Source: an uncultured Bacteroidaceae bacterium (GTDB lineage Bacteria > Bacteroidota > Bacteroidia > Bacteroidales > SM23-62). Taken from it: 64,000 nt of DNA. Under the pieces are notes generated by a model. The model saw only the letters and a list, made by a program, of their open reading frames with translations. It was not told the DNA's origin and did not search any database. The stretch is from NCBI GenBank assembly GCA_964420035.1, contig CAYQQR010000018.1, positions 5,027 to 69,026 on the forward strand, written 5' to 3'. The translations under genes and the position numbers were made by a program. Positions 17,867 to 27,569 of the stretch are shown in pieces. Numbering within the stretch: the stretch's first letter is position 1; each line of letters starts with the position of its first letter.

Positions 17867-19699
17867 TTAGTTTTTCGCCCTTCTTGCAAGGACGATCCAA
17901 TCATCATCCGGTCTTTCCGGGGGTTGTCCCGGGAACACCTCTCTGCCTCCCTGCAGGATCGGGATTGTCCCCTCCTGCAGTGATCCCCCGTTTTTCGGAT
18001 CGAACCACCTGACCTCAAATTCACCATTGACCCCGCCCAGATCCAGGGTGGTCCGGTCCCCCTGAACCAGATACATCACATAGATCTCTCCCGGCAGGGC
18101 AAAACAAAATGCCTGTTCCGATGAAGTCAGTTCATCATGGTTTTCCATCTTCCGGAAGGGAAGATATTCATAGAAAAACTCCCGGGCGATGCGGGTTTGC
18201 TCCCACATATTCTCCCGGCCGCGGAAGTCTTCACAGGTCATGTCATTGTCGGGGTACCTGTATCCGAAATACCATTCCGCCCCGCCTCCACCGGCCAGCA
18301 GGTTCCCCCACAGGGCATGATAGCGCACCGCATCATGACCCGGATCGACGGAATCCGGTACCACGCCATGGCTGGCCGGACCGATCTCGTCGAGGAATGC
18401 CACCCATTGCTTTCCTGAATCAGCAGAATGCTGGATCCAGTGCTTGGTCCATTCGTGAACATTTCCGATAGATCCAATTTGCATCGACGGCCCGTCAATA
18501 TGCTGAAAACCCAGAAGGGGATTGATTATTTCCGTCATGCTCTCCCAATTGGAATGGGTATGAATACTTACAAAATTCCGGTAAGGATCATTTTCTTTAA
18601 TATAGGCAGCCATATCTTTCCTTTGCCGGTCTGTCTGACCTATGGGTGACCAGCGGGTAGGGCCGTTCTCCTCCCCCAGGTTCCAGGTGAGTGCCAGGTG
18701 GTGACCGAAACGGGCAATCAACTCGCGGTAGTAAAGTTTACGCTGGGTATGGGTATAGCCTATATCCAGAAGGTTTTCATTCTCTGTTTCCTGGGTTACA
18801 AAATGAAGCATGATCCCCTTGCCCTGAGCATGGTCGAAGACAATCTCCCACTGGTCCAGCTTGGAACAATCGAAACGGTAACGCTCTTCCTTGCGGTTCC
18901 ATGGCCAGGTGTCCTTTCCATCCCCGTGAATGTTCATCGTGAGAAAATAAACAGAATTGACCATTTTGGAAGAGAGATAGTTCAGTGCCCCGATCAGGTT
19001 CTTTCCTTTACCATCCATCCAGGTTGGATCCCCCTCCTGCCAGTCGGCTGCATGGGGTTCATAATAATGCAAACGGTCGTCCCGGATGTTATCCCCGGGT
19101 CGGTGTACCGTTTTTTCAGGTGCATAAGTCTGGTCGAAACCGGCAAAGGCCAGGAGGTTTTCCGGACTGTCAGCTCCACCTTTCAGATAGTATTTCCTGC
19201 TTTCACTGAATTGCAAATACCGTTCCCCTACATAGTTCAGCCGTCCATGTGCCCTGAAGTCCGGACTTTTTTTATCCGATGCACTTACCTCGAAACTCCC
19301 TTCCAGGCCGTCAAAAGAAATACTTTCCCCGGCACCGGGTTCCTCAGACAGAGCGATATTGTGGCCGTCCCGGAAAGAGGCTTTCCATTTCCATTCTCCC
19401 TCCAAAATGGGCCTGAAGCGGACCTTCCAGATATTGCCCACATTGGCTCCGGTATGAGCGGCATTGCCGTCAGCAGCATAAAAACCGGGTAGGGTCAGAC
19501 TGGTATCGGCATGGGTAAAGGTCACATCAAGACGGTAATCCAGGAAGGGGTTCACCCGGTCGTACTCGGAGGTTTCGGGACCCGGAAAACTAATTGTGAT
19601 CTTGTGGTGGGTCATAAATTCTCCGTCAATGCTTAACTCGTTGGAGGACGAGCAGGAGAAAAGGATTGCCGAAATAAGAAGAATTACAAGTGATCGCAT
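17867..19699 (-). CDS. DUF5060/DUF4038-like putative glycoside hydrolase lipoprotein
   Basis: Lipobox LFSC; NPFLDYRLDVTF..GFYAADG..WKVRFRP, LKGGADSPEN, WNLGEEN, C-terminal VRWFDPKNG. Confidence 0.65.
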   Translation of the reverse strand: MRSLVILLISAILFSCSSSNELSIDGEFMTHHKITISFPGPETSEYDRVNPFLDYRLDVTFTHADTSLTLPGFYAADGNAAHTGANVGNIWKVRFRPILEGEWKWKASFRDGHNIALSEEPGAGESISFDGLEGSFEVSASDKKSPDFRAHGRLNYVGERYLQFSESRKYYLKGGADSPENLLAFAGFDQTYAPEKTVHRPGDNIRDDRLHYYEPHAADWQEGDPTWMDGKGKNLIGALNYLSSKMVNSVYFLTMNIHGDGKDTWPWNRKEERYRFDCSKLDQWEIVFDHAQGKGIMLHFVTQETENENLLDIGYTHTQRKLYYRELIARFGHHLALTWNLGEENGPTRWSPIGQTDRQRKDMAAYIKENDPYRNFVSIHTHSNWESMTEIINPLLGFQHIDGPSMQIGSIGNVHEWTKHWIQHSADSGKQWVAFLDEIGPASHGVVPDSVDPGHDAVRYHALWGNLLAGGGGAEWYFGYRYPDNDMTCEDFRGRENMWEQTRIAREFFYEYLPFRKMENHDELTSSEQAFCFALPGEIYVMYLVQGDRTTLDLGGVNGEFEVRWFDPKNGGSLQEGTIPILQGGREVFPGQPPERPDDDWIVLARRAKN

Positions 19700-19781
19700 G
19701 TTTTAGGATTTAAAATATTTTACATTTTACATCTTTAATCTTCAATCCCTGCCTGCCGTCAGGCAGGTTTAATCTTTCATT

Positions 19782-20480
19782 TCAGAGATCTTGTTGTTCG
19801 AGGTTGAGGATAGTGACCAGGGATTTAAGATCGGGGACCTCCAGGTCGGGGAATTCGCCGGGATCGGTACGCACCTCTTCACCATAGCGGTTTACCCAAA
19901 CGGTTTGAATGCCCATTGACTTGGCGGGTCTTATATCGTGGTAGATGCTCTGCGCCACATGCAGCCATTGCCCGGGTTGGCATTCGAACTGTTCCTGAGC
20001 TTCCCGGAAGTGAACCGGGGCAGGTTTGTAGGATTTTACCTCCTCGGATGTGATCACCCTGTCAAATTTTGTATTTAACTCTATTGCCGTTTCCCGGAAC
20101 AGGTCTTCATCAATATTGGACAGAATGTTTAAACTGTAATTTTCACTCAATTGTGACAAAGCTTCCCGGGTATCGGGAAAGGGCTTCCACGCGGGCAATG
20201 ATTGAAGGATACATTCCCGGTCCCCGGCGACGAAATTCACGCTCAGTTTTTTACCTATATAATCCATGGTTTCCATCAAAATATCGGCATAACTGCGATA
20301 TTTACCGGAGATCAGCTCGCGGTCGGCTCCTGCAAAGATCTCGAAAACCTCTTCTTCCGAAAGATCGAGGTTGTAATCGTCCATCAGGGGCATCAGGGCA
20401 TCAGTCACCCCTTTTTTCCAGTCTATCAGGGTGCCGTAACAATCGAAACTCAGGTGGGTGATGTTGGTGTAGTCGGTCAT
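19782..20480 (-). CDS. HAD-superfamily haloacid dehalogenase type II-like hydrolase
   Basis: FDCYGTLIDW, LSNID, SYKP, HVAQSIYHDI. Confidence 0.85.
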   Translation of the reverse strand: MTDYTNITHLSFDCYGTLIDWKKGVTDALMPLMDDYNLDLSEEEVFEIFAGADRELISGKYRSYADILMETMDYIGKKLSVNFVAGDRECILQSLPAWKPFPDTREALSQLSENYSLNILSNIDEDLFRETAIELNTKFDRVITSEEVKSYKPAPVHFREAQEQFECQPGQWLHVAQSIYHDIRPAKSMGIQTVWVNRYGEEVRTDPGEFPDLEVPDLKSLVTILNLEQQDL

Positions 20481-20612
20481 GGGTTTAAATATAATAAATT
20501 ACGGATTGCGGAATAATTAAAGATGAAAAATGTAAAATGTAAAATTGGGTGTGGGTGTGAGTAAAGGGCATGAAGAATCTTCCATTTTTCATTTTCCATT
20601 TTCCATTTTACA

Positions 20613-22382
20613 TTACCGAAGGTACTCGTGGGCGAGGATGAGGAAGACGCTGGCGGTCCAGGTATAAGCCGGGTCGCGTAGGCTTTCCCCGGTAAGTGCA
20701 TTGAAATTCTCACCAAAACCGTTCTCAAGGCACATATCGCAGAAACGGCGGGCAGCTTCTTCAGCTTTTTCCGTTTCCCCGCAAGCGTTCAGTCCGTCCA
20801 CGATGATCATGGTGGTGGGCGCCCAAATGGGTCCGCGCCAGTAACCGTCGGCCTGGTACAGTGGACTTTCGGGGTGCTCGGTTGCCGGACCGTGGTCAGT
20901 GACTATACCGGAAGTCCAGAGATCCTCAACCATGGTTTCCCTGATATCAGAGGGCAGCCTGTCACCCAGCACCAGGGGCAGGAAGCGCATCAGGCTGTTA
21001 CTCTCTTTAACAGTTACGCCATCGGTTTTCCGGATGATGAATTTTTCGCCGTCCCACAGTTCGTCAATCAGTTTTTTTTGTAAGCGCATTGCGGATTCAG
21101 CCCAGAGATCCGCTTCAACGTAAAATCCGATCCTTTCCGCAACTTCGGCAATGGCTTCCATCTGGATGACCAGGTAGGCAGCCAGATCGGGTCCTTCAAC
21201 AGGACAGCCTGCATCGAAGGGGGTAGCATTATCCCAACCGGAGTCATTTCCATAGAAATACTCAGGCAACCCGTTCCCATCGGTATCCCTGTATTTAAAC
21301 CAATAATCGGTCCAGGCAATGAGCGGCTCATAGATCTCCTCCATACGTTCCTGGGTTGCATAGTCTTCCTTTTCCAGCATTTTCAGCAAGGCCCAACCGT
21401 GTATGGGAGGTTTAACATAACCAAAGCTGGCATCATAATCGGTATAATGATCGGGAAGGGCCCCGCTGGGTTCCTGCTCATCGAACAGGACCATGAACTG
21501 ATCCCATGACAGACCGGGCAGCTTGTAGGAGAGTGCCATGGCATTGTAACAATGGTCCCAGCTCCATACGGCATGCATCCAGTTCTTCGACATGAGCATG
21601 GTTTTTCTTTTGATCAGTCCGCGCGGATCCACGATGGAACTGCGGTTAATAAAGGCAGCATATTCCCATGGTTCCCTGTATTTTTCCGGTGCTTCCGGCA
21701 TGGCTTTCAACCAGTCCATATAGCTATTCACCACATCCTGCCGGCACTCTCCGAACGGATACTCAGGATCGGCCGGTTCCCAGCCACTATAGAAATTTTC
21801 AATCATTACCGAACAAAAGCCGTCTGCAGGCAAAATTTCAAGGGTCATGTATGGCGACCCCCGGTTGGTCAGTCCGAGCGGAACCAACGTTCCGTCCATG
21901 CCGGTTTGGCCCTGCATCACCGTAACCACGTAATGGGGATAGCCTCCCATATGGAAGATCCATTGGTTCTTTTTTATCGGCATGAGATGGGTGCTTTGAT
22001 CATAAGCCGTCAAGGCCAACCGTACCCCCAGTCCGTGACCCTGCATTCTTAATGTATTGGCATCCTGGTAAATGATCTCAACCCGTTCCCGGTCCACCTG
22101 CATTTGTATCATTTCAGGATTGGCGGTATACGTTGCCTGTGCCTTTTTACCATTTTTCAGGGCTTCGATCCTGAAAACGCCGTCCCGGTTCCATAATCTT
22201 CGTCCGTTCAGATCATGGATATACAAACCCGGCTCTGCATCCTGATCATAATAGGTCCTGGTAGACAAGGCAAACCAGGAACCCGGGTGGGAAAAAGGGA
22301 TCTTATTCAGATCGATGTCAATATTCTGGGCCCGGGCCGGCATGATGATCGATAAGACAATGAATATTGCTATGGATTTCAT
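20613..22382 (-). CDS. Secreted GH63/trehalase-like (alpha/alpha)6 glycoside hydrolase
   Basis: Signal peptide; WSWDH, KPPIHGWA, NDSGWDN, YWRGPIWAP, ENFNALTG..YTWTAS. Confidence 0.75.
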   Translation of the reverse strand: MKSIAIFIVLSIIMPARAQNIDIDLNKIPFSHPGSWFALSTRTYYDQDAEPGLYIHDLNGRRLWNRDGVFRIEALKNGKKAQATYTANPEMIQMQVDRERVEIIYQDANTLRMQGHGLGVRLALTAYDQSTHLMPIKKNQWIFHMGGYPHYVVTVMQGQTGMDGTLVPLGLTNRGSPYMTLEILPADGFCSVMIENFYSGWEPADPEYPFGECRQDVVNSYMDWLKAMPEAPEKYREPWEYAAFINRSSIVDPRGLIKRKTMLMSKNWMHAVWSWDHCYNAMALSYKLPGLSWDQFMVLFDEQEPSGALPDHYTDYDASFGYVKPPIHGWALLKMLEKEDYATQERMEEIYEPLIAWTDYWFKYRDTDGNGLPEYFYGNDSGWDNATPFDAGCPVEGPDLAAYLVIQMEAIAEVAERIGFYVEADLWAESAMRLQKKLIDELWDGEKFIIRKTDGVTVKESNSLMRFLPLVLGDRLPSDIRETMVEDLWTSGIVTDHGPATEHPESPLYQADGYWRGPIWAPTTMIIVDGLNACGETEKAEEAARRFCDMCLENGFGENFNALTGESLRDPAYTWTASVFLILAHEYLR

Positions 22383-22454
22383 TAGTTGGGGTTTTAAGGA
22401 TTTAGGATTGCGGATTGTGCCTGCCGGCCGGCAGGCATAATTCGTAATCCGTAA

Positions 22455-24074
22455 TTATTTTTTCACAATTTCCGAGTGTACATACCCGATCCTTATGGCT
22501 TGTGCCCGGAGGGTATGGCCTTCAGGAACCTCAACCGGTTCTGTATAGAGCAACCATCGTTCCCCGGGTTCGTCCTTATGGACCTGGTAAGCGATGGAGG
22601 CCCCTTCGGTGGGACAGGATATAACAATTCCATCCCCGGTTTCTTCAAACACAGGAGGTTCGGTCACCGGTTGGGTATCTCCTCCCCACATTTGCCGGAT
22701 GAGCTCTTTTTCGGGAATGGCTCCTTTATCCCCGTATTTTTCCTGCCATTCCTCAAGTGCGGTCCTCATTTCCTCCAGCTTGTCCGCGTAGGCCGGATCG
22801 TCAGCCAAATTATGGAATTCATAGGGATCCTCCCGGGTATCGTAAAGTTCTTCTTCAGGTTTGGTATCGCGCCACCACAAGGCCTGCAGCTCGTTGAATT
22901 TACCCAGGGAATCATATTCATACAGCACGTTCATCATGGGTATCTGTTTCCTGTAATTGATCTCCTGCACGAAGGGCTTTTCAGGGTAATAGTTTTTCAG
23001 GTACTTAAAATGTTTGTCACGTACCGCCCTGACCCGGTCATACTGTGCATCCATGCGGTCGCGGGCCCCGTAGATATACTTTCTCGGTTCTTCCTTTTGT
23101 GCCCCCAGAAATGCCTGTCCCTGCATATATTCCGGAATTTTTATGCCGGCAAGTGAAAGCACGGTGGGTGCAAAATCGACAAAACTCACCAGCTCATCAG
23201 TAATCGTTTTGGCCATGGCTTTGCCGGGAAACCGGATGATCAGGGGGATGCGCAGGCCCGAATCATAGAGTTCCCTTTTCTGCCTGGGAAGCATGCCCCC
23301 GTGATCGGAGTAGAAAAAGATAACCGTACTGTCCAGAAGTCCGTCTGCTTCAAGCCTGTTCAGTATTAAACCTACCTGGGCATCCATTTCCTTAATGTTG
23401 GAATACTTTCTGGCCACATCTCTTCTGACAACAGGATGTTCGGGATAGTAAGGCGGTATGGGAACTTTCCGTTCATCCACCAGGAGGGGTTCCCATCGCT
23501 GCGTCCAAACGCGGGATTCATGGGTGGTTATGAAGTTGATGATGGCAAAGAAGGGCATGCCCTCCGGACGCTTATACCAGTAGGCATCAAAATCACGCTC
23601 GTCCCAGGCCGTAACGGGCGGTTCAAACTGGTAATCCGTTTTCTGATTGTTGGTACAATAATAGCCGGCTGCCCTCAGAAATTCGCTGAAACACCTGACT
23701 TCAGGGGGAAGCACCGTTCCATAGTTTGGCAGACCTTCTACCAGGTTGCTGGTGGTACGCATATTATGACCCCCGGTGGAGGTAGGATACATGCCGGTAA
23801 TGATGGCATGGCGGCTGGGTGCGCAAACCCCGGCTATCGAATAGGCATTTGTATAAAGAACACCCTCCGCTGCGAGTCGATCGATGTGGGGTGTTTGGAT
23901 CGCGGTATCGCCGTAACAGCCCAGGGTTGGGGTAATATCCTCACAGGTAATCCACAGGATGTTGGGTTGGAAAGGAGGATCGGCCGGATCGAATTCCCTG
24001 CTTCTGGTTCCAGGCTCCTGGCAACCCGGTACCCCGGCTGCCAGTATGGTGGTTGCTAGTAATAAACGGTTCAT
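22455..24074 (-). CDS. Cys-type S1 sulfatase, probable lipoprotein
   Basis: PNILWITCED, CAPSR (CxPxR), SDHG, EELYD..DPYEFHNLA. Confidence 0.9.
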   Translation of the reverse strand: MNRLLLATTILAAGVPGCQEPGTRSREFDPADPPFQPNILWITCEDITPTLGCYGDTAIQTPHIDRLAAEGVLYTNAYSIAGVCAPSRHAIITGMYPTSTGGHNMRTTSNLVEGLPNYGTVLPPEVRCFSEFLRAAGYYCTNNQKTDYQFEPPVTAWDERDFDAYWYKRPEGMPFFAIINFITTHESRVWTQRWEPLLVDERKVPIPPYYPEHPVVRRDVARKYSNIKEMDAQVGLILNRLEADGLLDSTVIFFYSDHGGMLPRQKRELYDSGLRIPLIIRFPGKAMAKTITDELVSFVDFAPTVLSLAGIKIPEYMQGQAFLGAQKEEPRKYIYGARDRMDAQYDRVRAVRDKHFKYLKNYYPEKPFVQEINYRKQIPMMNVLYEYDSLGKFNELQALWWRDTKPEEELYDTREDPYEFHNLADDPAYADKLEEMRTALEEWQEKYGDKGAIPEKELIRQMWGGDTQPVTEPPVFEETGDGIVISCPTEGASIAYQVHKDEPGERWLLYTEPVEVPEGHTLRAQAIRIGYVHSEIVKK

Positions 24075-24191
24075 GACCGCGGGTTTTGTTTATGCATAAA
24101 TATAACCATTTGATACCGGATTTAATAATGGGGATAACTTGTAAAAGTTTTCTAAATTTATGGTTCGACAAATCATTAACCTCCGGGAATC

Positions 24192-25121
24192 ATGAAAAAC
24201 CGCAGAGATTTTATTCGTACCACAGGACTCTTCACGGCGGGCGCATTGATCGTTCCCCAGGTAGCCTGTAAATCCAAAACAGCCGGTGAAGCGGCGGGAG
24301 CTGCAGAAGGCTCGGAAGCAGTGACTTCCAAGGATATTGGTATCCAGATCTACACCCTCCGGGATCAAATAGAAGAAAGTCTGGAAAAAACCCTTGAAAA
24401 AGTTTCGAAAATCGGGTACAAATGGATCGAAAGCTACGGGTATGAAAACAGAAAGATCCTTGGAAAGACACCCAGGGAATTCAAAGAACTGGTTGAAGGT
24501 CTGGGAATGACCCACCCCAGCGCCCATGCGGTCACGGAATTAAGTTCTGCAGAAGGAAAGGCTTCCGTGGAAGAGGCCATGAAGATCACCGCTGAAGATG
24601 TCAAAACCTCCGGTGTGGAATACCTGGTATATGCCTACCTGGAGGAAGAAGAAAGAGATGAACTGGACGACTACAAGCGGCATGCGGAATCCTTCAATAA
24701 GTTCGGCGAGATTTGCAGGTCCATGGACCTGCAGTTCTGCTTTCACAACCACGATTTTGACTTTAAAGATTTCGACGGGATAATCGCATTTTATTACTTA
24801 CTTGAAAATACGGATCCTGAATTGGTAAAATTCGAACCCGATCTGTACTGGATCGTCAAGGCTGGATTCGACCCGTTGGAGGTATTCAAAAAGGCTCCCG
24901 GCAGGTTTCCCCTTTGGCACATAAAGGATATGGAACCCGGTGAAGAGCAATACTTCGCAGAGGTCGGCCAGGGCACCATCGAATTCGAACGGATCTTCGG
25001 ACAAAAAGAACTGGCCGGCATGCGATACTTCTTTGTCGAGCAGGACGAAAGCCGCAGAAATCCCCTGGAATCCGTCGAGATGAGCTGGAAATATCTGAAC
25101 CGGGCGGAGTTTGTAGGATAG
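24192..25121 (+). CDS. Tat-exported sugar phosphate isomerase/epimerase (xylose isomerase-like TIM barrel)
   Basis: NRRDFI twin-arginine signal, GIQIYTLRD, FHNHDFDF, LWHIKD, FVEQD. Confidence 0.85.
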   Translation: MKNRRDFIRTTGLFTAGALIVPQVACKSKTAGEAAGAAEGSEAVTSKDIGIQIYTLRDQIEESLEKTLEKVSKIGYKWIESYGYENRKILGKTPREFKELVEGLGMTHPSAHAVTELSSAEGKASVEEAMKITAEDVKTSGVEYLVYAYLEEEERDELDDYKRHAESFNKFGEICRSMDLQFCFHNHDFDFKDFDGIIAFYYLLENTDPELVKFEPDLYWIVKAGFDPLEVFKKAPGRFPLWHIKDMEPGEEQYFAEVGQGTIEFERIFGQKELAGMRYFFVEQDESRRNPLESVEMSWKYLNRAEFVG

Positions 25122-25136
25122 ATTGCGGATTGCGGA

Positions 25137-26762
25137 TTACATGATTTTTAATGTGGCGGCGTAGAAATTCCTGTCCAGGTTGAATTTTTCAATATCAAAG
25201 GGGGTTAGGTGTCTTTTCCATGTGGTTGTGGGGTAAAGCCATTGTTCCTTTTCGTTCAGCATGACCCTGACGGGCATTTTGAATCCCGGGATGCAATTGT
25301 TCCAGCGGTAGAGTAAAAGGTTCCCGCTGATGCGGTATTCCAGGACCGGGACCCGTATGTCCCGCAGGTATTGATCGAAAAAATGATCCAGTTCCAGGTC
25401 CAGGTAATCTGCCATAAAAGATTCTATCTGTTCCGTACCGACGGTCCGGTGATAAAACTCCCTGTTGATGGCCCTGAACATGCCGTGCCACAATGAATCA
25501 TCCGCAACGATCTGCCTCAGGGTATGGAGCATGTTCCCGCCTTTATAATACATATCCTGGGAACCCGGCCGGTTCACATCATAATAACCGATGATGGTTT
25601 CCCGGTTCTCAATATTCATCCGGGTTCCCAGCACATATTCCCGCCCGGCTTCCCTGCCGTAATGATATTCCAGGAAGAGGCTCTCTGAATAGTTGGTAAA
25701 GCTCTCATGGATCCACATATCGGCAATATCCTTATAGGTGATGCTGTTGGCGAACCATTCATGGCCCGATTCATGAACGATCATGAAATCAAATTTCATG
25801 CCCCAGCCGGTATGACTCAGATCGAAGCCGTCATAGCCGTTCTGATAACCGTTCCCATAGGTAATGGAACTCTGATGCTCCATGCCCAGGTAAGGAACCT
25901 CAACCAGCTTATAGCCATCTTCATAAAAAGGATAGGGACCGAACCAGTATTCGAAGGCTTCCAGCATCATGGGGACCTGCCGGAAATGTTTCTTCGCCTT
26001 TTTCAGATTGCCTTTCAGAACATAGTAATCGCAATCCAGGGGACCTTTTTCCCCGTGGTACACTTCGGAAAAATGTGCATAATCGGCAATATTGACATTG
26101 ACCACATAATTGCTGATGGGATTGCTCACGAACCAATGGAAGGTCCGGCTGCCATCATCATGCCGTTCAATTTCCCGTAACCGGCCGTTGGACACATCCA
26201 TCAGACCGGAGGGTACCTTCACACTGATCAGCATGCTGTCCGGTTCATCGTACATATGATCCTTGCAGGGCCACCATACACTGGCCCCCAGTTGCTGGCA
26301 AGCCGTGGCTACAAGGGGCTTCCCCCGGGGATCCTTACTCCAGATGAGTCCGCCGTCCCAGGGCGGGTTCTTCGCAACCTGCGGCTTGCCTCCGTAATAA
26401 ACACGGATACTGTCGATGCTGCCAACGACCGGTTTCGGTCCGAATTCGATATAATAAACATTTCCATCCCTTATGAAATCGAGTGATTCACCATAATGCA
26501 TTACCTTCCTTATGGCCATCGGAAGCTGAAGGTCGATTTGCATGATCTTTTCGGATTGAAGCACCCTGAAGACGACCTTATTCGAACCTTCGATGGTACT
26601 GTCGGCAGGATTCACGGAAATATCCAGGTGATAATAGACCAGGTCCCACCATTCCCGTTCCGGGGTGATGGAACCCCGCAGGCTGTCCTGGCGGGAAAAG
26701 GGCTGCCCTTGAACTTTTGCGAATAATAACAGATTCAATATAAGTATTGGGACTATTTTCAT
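25137..26762 (-). CDS. M1-family zinc aminopeptidase
   Basis: WWPCKD, YLGMEHQ, HESGHEWF..WIHESF (HExxH..E), YYKG. Confidence 0.9.
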   Translation of the reverse strand: MKIVPILILNLLLFAKVQGQPFSRQDSLRGSITPEREWWDLVYYHLDISVNPADSTIEGSNKVVFRVLQSEKIMQIDLQLPMAIRKVMHYGESLDFIRDGNVYYIEFGPKPVVGSIDSIRVYYGGKPQVAKNPPWDGGLIWSKDPRGKPLVATACQQLGASVWWPCKDHMYDEPDSMLISVKVPSGLMDVSNGRLREIERHDDGSRTFHWFVSNPISNYVVNVNIADYAHFSEVYHGEKGPLDCDYYVLKGNLKKAKKHFRQVPMMLEAFEYWFGPYPFYEDGYKLVEVPYLGMEHQSSITYGNGYQNGYDGFDLSHTGWGMKFDFMIVHESGHEWFANSITYKDIADMWIHESFTNYSESLFLEYHYGREAGREYVLGTRMNIENRETIIGYYDVNRPGSQDMYYKGGNMLHTLRQIVADDSLWHGMFRAINREFYHRTVGTEQIESFMADYLDLELDHFFDQYLRDIRVPVLEYRISGNLLLYRWNNCIPGFKMPVRVMLNEKEQWLYPTTTWKRHLTPFDIEKFNLDRNFYAATLKIM

Positions 26763-26940
26763 CGGATCAAAAATAGTAAATTCAGAATTCAGCCTGATAA
26801 TTACGGATTACGGATTGCAGATTGAGCATGGGTGCCGGGCAAGAGTGTGTGTTTTAAGAGACGTTGAGACACACAGCAACAGGCGAAGCCGAGGGACAGC
26901 GAAGCCGAAAAGTTAAACAGTTGAGGAGTAAAAGAAATAT

Positions 26941-27369
26941 TCAGAACAAATTTATTGAAAAACCCCCGTCGACGGCAATGACCTGGCCGGTGATGTAGGA
27001 CGAGGCATCCATGGCCAGGAAGGGGGCCAGGGAGGCAACTTCTTCAGGATCGCCGATACGGTCCATGGGTGTTGCCGACAACACCTCCTTTCGGTAGTCA
27101 TCATCTTTCAATACCTGCCGGGCCAGGGGGGTGTCGATATACCAGGGGGCGATGGCGTTCACCCGGATTAGGTCCCGGGCCCATTCCACGGCCAGGTTTC
27201 TGGTCGCCTGGTTCAGGGCCGCCTTGCTGCTGCCATAAGCCATCCCGGTGCGCATATGCCCCAAACCGGATACAGACGAAACATTAATGAGGGAGGCCCG
27301 GGTTCCCCCGCTCACTAAAGCTTTTTTCCCTTGAAGGTTCCACCTTCCGTATGGGTTCTTTTCAGCCAT
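26941..27369 (-). pseudogene. Tropinone-reductase-like SDR with large in-frame internal deletion
   Basis: [10 protein letters not shown] joins directly to [11 protein letters not shown]. The GxG of the TGxxxGxG motif, the NNAG region and intervening strands (roughly 100+ aa by comparison with ~250-aa SDRs) are absent. YxxxK (YGSSK) and [11 protein letters not shown] are retained. Confidence 0.75.
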
Positions 27370-27439
27370 ATCTTGCTTATTTTCGGGCAATGTAAAAATT
27401 TTTCGCTAAATGAATATTTCGTAAATTCGCCTACAATTT

Positions 27440-27513
27440 GCATCAGTAGCTCAGCTGGATAGAGCAACGGCCTTCTAAGCCGTAGGTCGGGGGTTCGAAT
27501 CCCTCCTGATGTA
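27440..27513 (+). tRNA. tRNA-Arg(TCT)
   Basis: Acceptor GCATCAG/CTGATGT, D arm GCTC..GAGC, anticodon arm ACGGC-CTTCTAA-GCCGT, T loop GGTTCGAATCC; CCA not encoded. Confidence 0.97.
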
Positions 27514-27569
27514 CGAACTCACTTCGTTCGTGGTTCTCAGTTCCTGGTTTATTTTTCGCTTTTAATGCC

